From Balanoglossus misakiensis (lineage: Eukaryota; Animalia; Hemichordata): DNA of 64,000 nt. Below the pieces are notes generated by a model. The model did no database searches and was not told the origin of the DNA. It was given only the letters and a program-made list of their open reading frames with translations. The stretch spans positions 2,542,001 through 2,606,000 of the forward strand of contig CM082598.2 in the NCBI GenBank assembly GCA_040954595.2, read 5' to 3'. Made by a program: the position numbers and the translations under genes. Positions 58,266 through 64,000 of this stretch are shown here, piece after piece. Each line of letters begins with the position of its first letter. Within the stretch, counting starts at the first letter, position 1.

Positions 58266-58662
58266 ATTTTTTTTTAAATGTGCTAAATAAAACTTAGCAG
58301 AAAAAATACAGTTCCATGTCATTCTACCATCTTATCTGAAATTCGATCAAATTTTTTCATTTTTAACGCCGACAAAAACGTCAGAATGTGAACTTTTGTG
58401 CATCAGAAGGATAAAACATCAAACTCAAGGATTCCTAAATGATAGGATTTAACCATAGAGTCTTCAAGGGTCCCCTGTATGCATCTTATTCACAGACCAC
58501 ATTTCGTCACGAAAAATACTCAATGACTAAAAATAAAGCCAGACGTCACATTAAAGACACCTGTCCAATTTGAGTGAAAAAGTATTTTCCCTTCCCCTTA
58601 AAGATTAAAAAAATCGTGTGAGGCCACATGGAGGAAAGAAGTCACGAACCACTTCTGTCAGG

Positions 58663-58724
58663 AAATAAATCTCGAACACACAAACTTCCTGTGGAGCTGA
58701 TTTGCATGTTGTCATAGTACCATC
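58663..58724 (-). promoter_or_regulatory. SECIS element (type II, non-canonical AG apical loop) of deiodinase-like gene 2
   Basis: Minus strand: AUGAC-AACAUGCAAAU-CAG-CUCC-ACA-GGAA-GUUUGUGUGUU-CGAG (core to core 58715-58671). Eleven contiguous pairs in helix II; aligns position by position with the gene 1 SECIS. Helix I is weak. Confidence 0.8.
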
Positions 58725-59186
58725 AAGTAGTCCATAACTTCTTTTAACTCCGATGACATCACCACTTCAAAATTCTCTCTCTCCCCTTTTTGTTCACTAA
58801 GGCAACACCTCCATTCTATGGAGGTCTTGTGTTAAAAGCAACCAAGGAAAAAAGCAGCATCCAGGACCGAAATCAACCCCAATATGCCACATTTCCTCGA
58901 TCGCACCATCAACACATGTGCCAGGGATATTCACAGCGAAATTTCATCACATGTGAACTTTCTACTTTTTTTCATCGCATTATTTTGACAAGGAATGATA
59001 AACTCAGCCTATCATTATCAACTTCGTGTCGTTATCATGTTAGAAAACAAACAAATCGCCGACTACAATGAGCCGTATCTATCACTCCTGCGCCAAATGT
59101 TTATTTTCTCTCCCAATGTCTGTGGTAGTGTACATGGAACCAGTTTTGTGACCGATCTATTCTTCGGCTAGTCATCTGACAGCCAA

Positions 59187-62085
59187 TCACTCTTCCTTGC
59201 CGGGGAATCTGACTTCCAGATATTTCTGGACTCCCTCGGTCATGATGTGATCGGGGTGTTTCATGACTTCCGTGACGTGCTCGCTGACGAAGACAATTTC
59301 GTTTTTGTCGACGATGAGGATGCGATCGGGCCAAGCGGCGTAGTTGAGCGCAAAATCGTTTTCCATGCTGTCTACGACGACGCGAACTTTGCTCTCGTCT
59401 TTGTGGTTGGTGGTGAGGAGGTCAGGTTGGAGATCTACCAGCATTCTGGGAAAGAAAAACAAAAAGATTTTTTTGTTAATAGGACTATAGAGGGAAGAGA
59501 ATGTAGCTTGCAGACTTATGACTATACAGTGTTCTGTGGGCAAACTGTCAGAGATTGGTTTAAATTAAAATCTTTATCAAATTAGATGTCATCCAGCCAT
59601 ACTGGCACCCCTATGCAATTTTCCAAGGGGGACTAGCCCTGCTTAAAATGTTACTCGCATGTTGGAGATGTTGCAGCCCCCCCCCCCCATGCAGGAATGG
59701 AATCACCCCCCCCCCCCACACACACACACAAATGAAGTAGTCTTGCTTACTTGGCAGCGTCGATCCTTTCCTGGAGGGTAGTGTGGGCACTGACCGAGGA
59801 GAACTTGTCGCCGAAGCTCCAACCATCTTTGGGGTGAGCCTCCTGCAGATAGATGAACACAAACTGCACTCTATCGCGGTAGTCTTCAAAGAGGTTGAAG
59901 AGAGGACCACCTTCGATGATGGTCTGCGGAAAAACAAACAAACAACAACAATGTTAGAGGCTAAACATGTGACTAACAAATGCAAAACATGATCCAGTCA
60001 TGTGATCTATCCAAAATATCACGTGACAATCCAAACAAACATGACGACTTCAAATTTTGATTTTGCAAAATTTGAGTAAAACCTGCAGTTGTATCAAACC
60101 TGTGTTAGTGGCCACCTCTACATAGTGGCCACTTTGTCCTGTGCAAGTTATATGTGCATATGTCTATAAAGGCCAACTGTGTATAAAGGCCAGTTTAGGA
60201 AAGTCCTTTGACTGGCCGATATAGACAGGATCGACTTTTGAAATGCAATTGTCTACAACTTACCCTCATTATGGGTCAGCTTTGCGATGAAGCGATGAAG
60301 ACGATGGGTTGGTCCTTGTGGGAGTGGAGTTCAGTGACGGAGATGTGTTCCTGGGTTTCTATGCTGTACAAGTCGATATCCGGCGATTTGTCTCCGACAC
60401 TGATGTGGGCGTTCAACAGATTGGCAACACCTTTGCCAACAAACTGAAACTGGGTCATAACCTGTAGAAGAGAAAACAGATTTGAAAATCAGGTTATATG
60501 AGAATCCTCAGTATTTCTGAAGCAAACTGCCTTTATTGACGGCAAAATGGCATGGCGTGCACATTGATTACAGTCGACCAGGAAGTGATGTCAGGTGTTT
60601 CGAAATAAGCGAAATCACACGTACCTCTTTGTCAGTCTTGTACTTGGGGACAATGAAAGCAAAGAATGGGACTCTGCCTGGCATGATGTCGGCACTAACG
60701 CCGAAACTCTCCAAGACTCTCTTCTCCGCATCCCGACAGGTGTCGAACATCTGCATGTGGTACTTCTTCTTGTCGATGTGGTCCACGGTGTCGTCGAACT
60801 CGTGGAACAGAGTCTCCGACTGCATCACTTCCTTCATCTTCTTGGACACATCCAAGACCAGCTGGCGGTTCGACAGGAATTCTTCGGCAGATGTAACTAC
60901 ATGGAGAAACAAAAATTTGAAATTATTACACGAACAGAACGATGTAAAACCTAACACTGATAACACAAGCGCTGCCATGCAAAAATTTGAGGCAACAGAA
61001 AATCAGCAATGCTAATGCAATTTAATCTCATAAAATGCATAATTATCCTGTAGGCAAGGTTTCATTCTTGTTATAGAGGATGTTCACAGACGCAAAATCA
61101 ACACATTGTCATCGCAAATGCAAAGTTGATTTCATTCACTGGAAATACCGATTATACACACACAAGTTAGAATGCTTGTAGAAAAACAGAAGTGCAAGTC
61201 AAAGAAAACAAGATGCTGGCACAAAGACAAGTTAGAGCACACATAGGACAAACAACTAAAATAGTAACAAGATCAAGGGTCAATATCTTGATATTAATTA
61301 GTCATCTTTGTTCTGTGAGAGAAGTTGTGTTATTCCGCTAACAGCGAAACAATAACTTCTCTCACAAAAAAGAGAGTGAGAAATCAATATCATGAAAAGA
61401 ATTCAAGCTCAAGGACATCAAAGGCATGCATAATCACCAAACGTAGAAGGGAGAAGGGCAGAAGAAATAGTAGTGTACAGAGAGTACAGACCCCACACTA
61501 AGGACGGATACAGAAGATTCCAAAACAGGAAGCCGGCAGCAGAGTTTTATTTTGGATTTTGGGGGTTACCTGTAATTTTCCTATCAGTACTAGGGCTGGG
61601 CTTTTTCTCGTCAACTTGGTGCTCAACTTTCGCTTTTTTAACTGGCGGTTCATGACCGTTTTGTGCATGCACCGTATCAAGGCCATTACCCAAAGCGCCG
61701 TTGGTCTTGACATGTTTGGGTTCGTCGACATCGTAACCATTTTTCACAGGTTGTACGTCTTGCTCCTGCTCGATCCCTCTCTTCCGAGAGACCACAACTG
61801 AATTCTGCAGAGAAACAAAAACAAATACTGTCAAAATACCATACTGAACGACTAAAATGACCTTCAAAGCGAGCAGAATCCCCTAGAAACTAACCTAACA
61901 TCAACGCGAACCTCGTAAACGAAGTGTAGATTAAAATCACGTGATAGTTGAACTCTGACCCCGGTGTTATTCGAGGTCAAATTCGGTCAGTGCAAACTCG
62001 TTTGTTATGTGAATAACAACCTCACAATATGTTTGCATTGGCGCAGGATGCGTACGTGTGACTTCATTCCGCGGGCTTGCGCCAT
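59187..62085 (-). CDS. Iodothyronine deiodinase-like selenoprotein 2 (Sec UGA at 60278-60276), ~388 aa
   Basis: Exons 62085-62056, 61804-61570, 60896-60625, 60461-60264, 59923-59751, 59445-59187. Internal exon sizes (272, 198, 173 nt) and phases equal those of gene 1. Motifs PIVFIASSQS-U-PIMR, FVFIYLQEAHPKDGW, HTTLQERIDAA, VVVDSMENDFALNYAAWPDRILI. The first exon is less certain. Confidence 0.9.
60092..60237 (+). mobile_element. Tc1/mariner-type MITE family B, degenerate copy
   Basis: TCAAACCTGTGTTAGTGGCCACCTCTA...AAGGCCAGTTTAGGAAAGTCC..TGACTGGCC matches 18272-18426. Confidence 0.65.
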
Positions 62086-64000
62086 GCTAAGCGATCACGA
62101 TCTCCGAAATTTCTGGGTTTTTAGGGAGAATTCGACGTAGTCTGGTCGATGAAAGGTGGGGAACAGACGCGCGCGCGGAAACGCGATCAAAATAAACGCT
62201 CAACTGAAACGCGTCTATTTTGCAGTTTACAGCATCGTCACTGGTAGATAATGTGACGTAGATCTGGTAGAGTTCCAACAAACGGTAAGTTTATCAGTTT
62301 TCAGTCGTTTTTTTTTCACTTTTACGTATTGTTCTGTGCGTTTCCGAAGACATTCTGAATGAAATTGACGTGTGAAATTAATTACACCCGCGACCGAAAT
62401 CGTATTACACGCGTACGCGCACAACGAAATGGGCGCCTGCTCAACCCAGATCGTGTCCTGCATTCGGTGTCAGATAGTTTCAACTCTTTCAGTCTTTGCA
62501 AATGTGCGTATTGCATCATCAATGAATGTCAAACATTATTCTTTAGCTGCTCAGACCGACAAACCAGAGAAATTCCGATGCAATAACGTTCAAATGCACG
62601 AAAAAAAACTTTTTAAAAACTTGATTGAACATATTTTAAAAATGGCAAAATGCGAGCGTGCTCTGTCTGCGCCTGCTGTATACGTCGCTTGTCCTCGATT
62701 TGGTGTCAGTCTGGATACCAGACTACCCCATAATGCATCAAAAATACATGAAATTATATGATTGATATCCAAGAACGAATTTTATATTCGTGTTTTCTGA
62801 AATTCGAAGGCGTGTCCGTCGCATTTCGTAAACACGTACGCAAGTTCAAGTTAGGATTGTATCGTGCGCCCCCCACGATTATGGCCTATAAAGTCGCGTA
62901 TCGTCGAGAAAACTTATTGAAAACGTGTAAATTTACACTTCCGTAAATCTTACAAACATTGCCTAATTTTCTTCACGTTAAGTATTTGTTTTTATTCATA
63001 GTATTCGAGGCCAGATTTCAGATTGTGTAAACTTGATTAGCATATAGATAAGCTTCGGCCCAAATTCCATGTGCGCATGACCCATCCTGTGATGTCACGT
63101 TTCTATGAAGATTGTACTTTGCGCGGGGGGGGGGGGGGGGGGGGGCACGATTACGTCAACGGACGTAATGTGCATTTCAGAGTTCCGAGAATGACGAGTT
63201 CTTAAAAATTCGAGTACATGTATTACAAACTTTATAAATTCTTTTTCAGACCCTGTCAGAAGCTGGATCCCGTTTGATGAAGAAAAGATTAATCAAACTT
63301 GAAGGATGTACGCGCAGAACATAAACCGGAAAACTGCGCGCACTCGACTTTTCCCCATAGGATTACATTGATAATTGCTACTTCTTCCCTCCAAATCTCA
63401 AATAATTGATCAGAGTGTATAATTATAACTTGGGAAACTCACACTGTCTGGCATCTTAGTTGTTGGCGCGGCTTCTGTTGTCTTGAATTGTAGTATTTCC
63501 TCTTAAGTTATCTGTTGGTTGTACAGAAAAGACAGTTCATGAAGTTTATTGTTTTATTTCAGAAAATAAAGACGAATGAGAGAAAACATCGGCTTGTATA
63601 CAGCAACACCTGGTCCTGCGTAAAAAGAAGAGAACGGATTCCATGTTGACATCATGAAAACGCTAAAAGTAAATGCTATCCGATGTCGTCTTTACTATGT
63701 ATAAAAGAAATATGGTCTCGAAACGTTGAGAAGTTGGTGCGTCAAAATGACGTGAAATCTGCTGCCTGGATGTGAAATAGTTGATGGGATTTTGCAAGTC
63801 ACGAGATGCTTGTGAAGATTGTCAATTCCACCGCTGTGGATCACGTTTCTCTGACGATGTTTTGTACAAGAGGATCTTGACAGATCAAGTCGCCTGAGTT
63901 GTGCCTTCAGTTCTATACACGTACTGGGAAAACCACAGACCAGGAGAGAGAGAGGTGTGGTCAAGAAATTTGGCGGAAAAACGCATATGCAGCGAAATTG

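Noticed and set aside
58712-58762. Alternative SECIS GUGAU-GUCAUCGGAGUU-AAAA on the minus strand
   Set aside because: It forms a hairpin but lacks the 3' GA of the kink-turn core; the adjacent 58671-58715 structure fits better.
63560-64000. Coding-like sequence at the right edge
   Set aside because: Stops interrupt the plus-strand frames I read and no family is recognisable; it cannot be resolved within the window.

Overview
AT-rich, intron-containing eukaryotic DNA, most likely a marine invertebrate (a deuterostome such as a hemichordate is my inference, not verified). By reading splice sites and frames by hand I reconstruct seven spliced genes: a YWTD/LDL-receptor-class-B beta-propeller gene (minus, runs off the left edge, one GC-AG intron), a head-to-head peroxisomal sarcosine-oxidase-like FAD oxidoreductase ending in -SKL, STK33 (minus, 10 coding exons), a secreted coiled-coil plus pentraxin protein, an EPN-type C-type lectin, and two tandem iodothyronine-deiodinase-like genes on the minus strand. 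The highlight is the deiodinase-like pair. Each has an in-frame UGA in an atypical SSQS-U-PIM motif, and each has a type-II SECIS in its 3' UTR; the two SECIS share architecture but have a fully re-paired helix II, and one has a non-canonical AG apical loop. Each also has an identical 10-bp stem-loop 8 nt after the UGA that exists only after splicing. They carry an extra ~90-aa N-terminal domain and differ in N-terminal targeting (signal-peptide-like versus hydrophilic/NLS-like). The rest of the window holds two large satellites (88 bp and 112 bp units) built on the same quasi-palindromic core, a chain of long palindromes, and several non-autonomous DNA-transposon families. All coordinates were counted by eye and no database searches were run.
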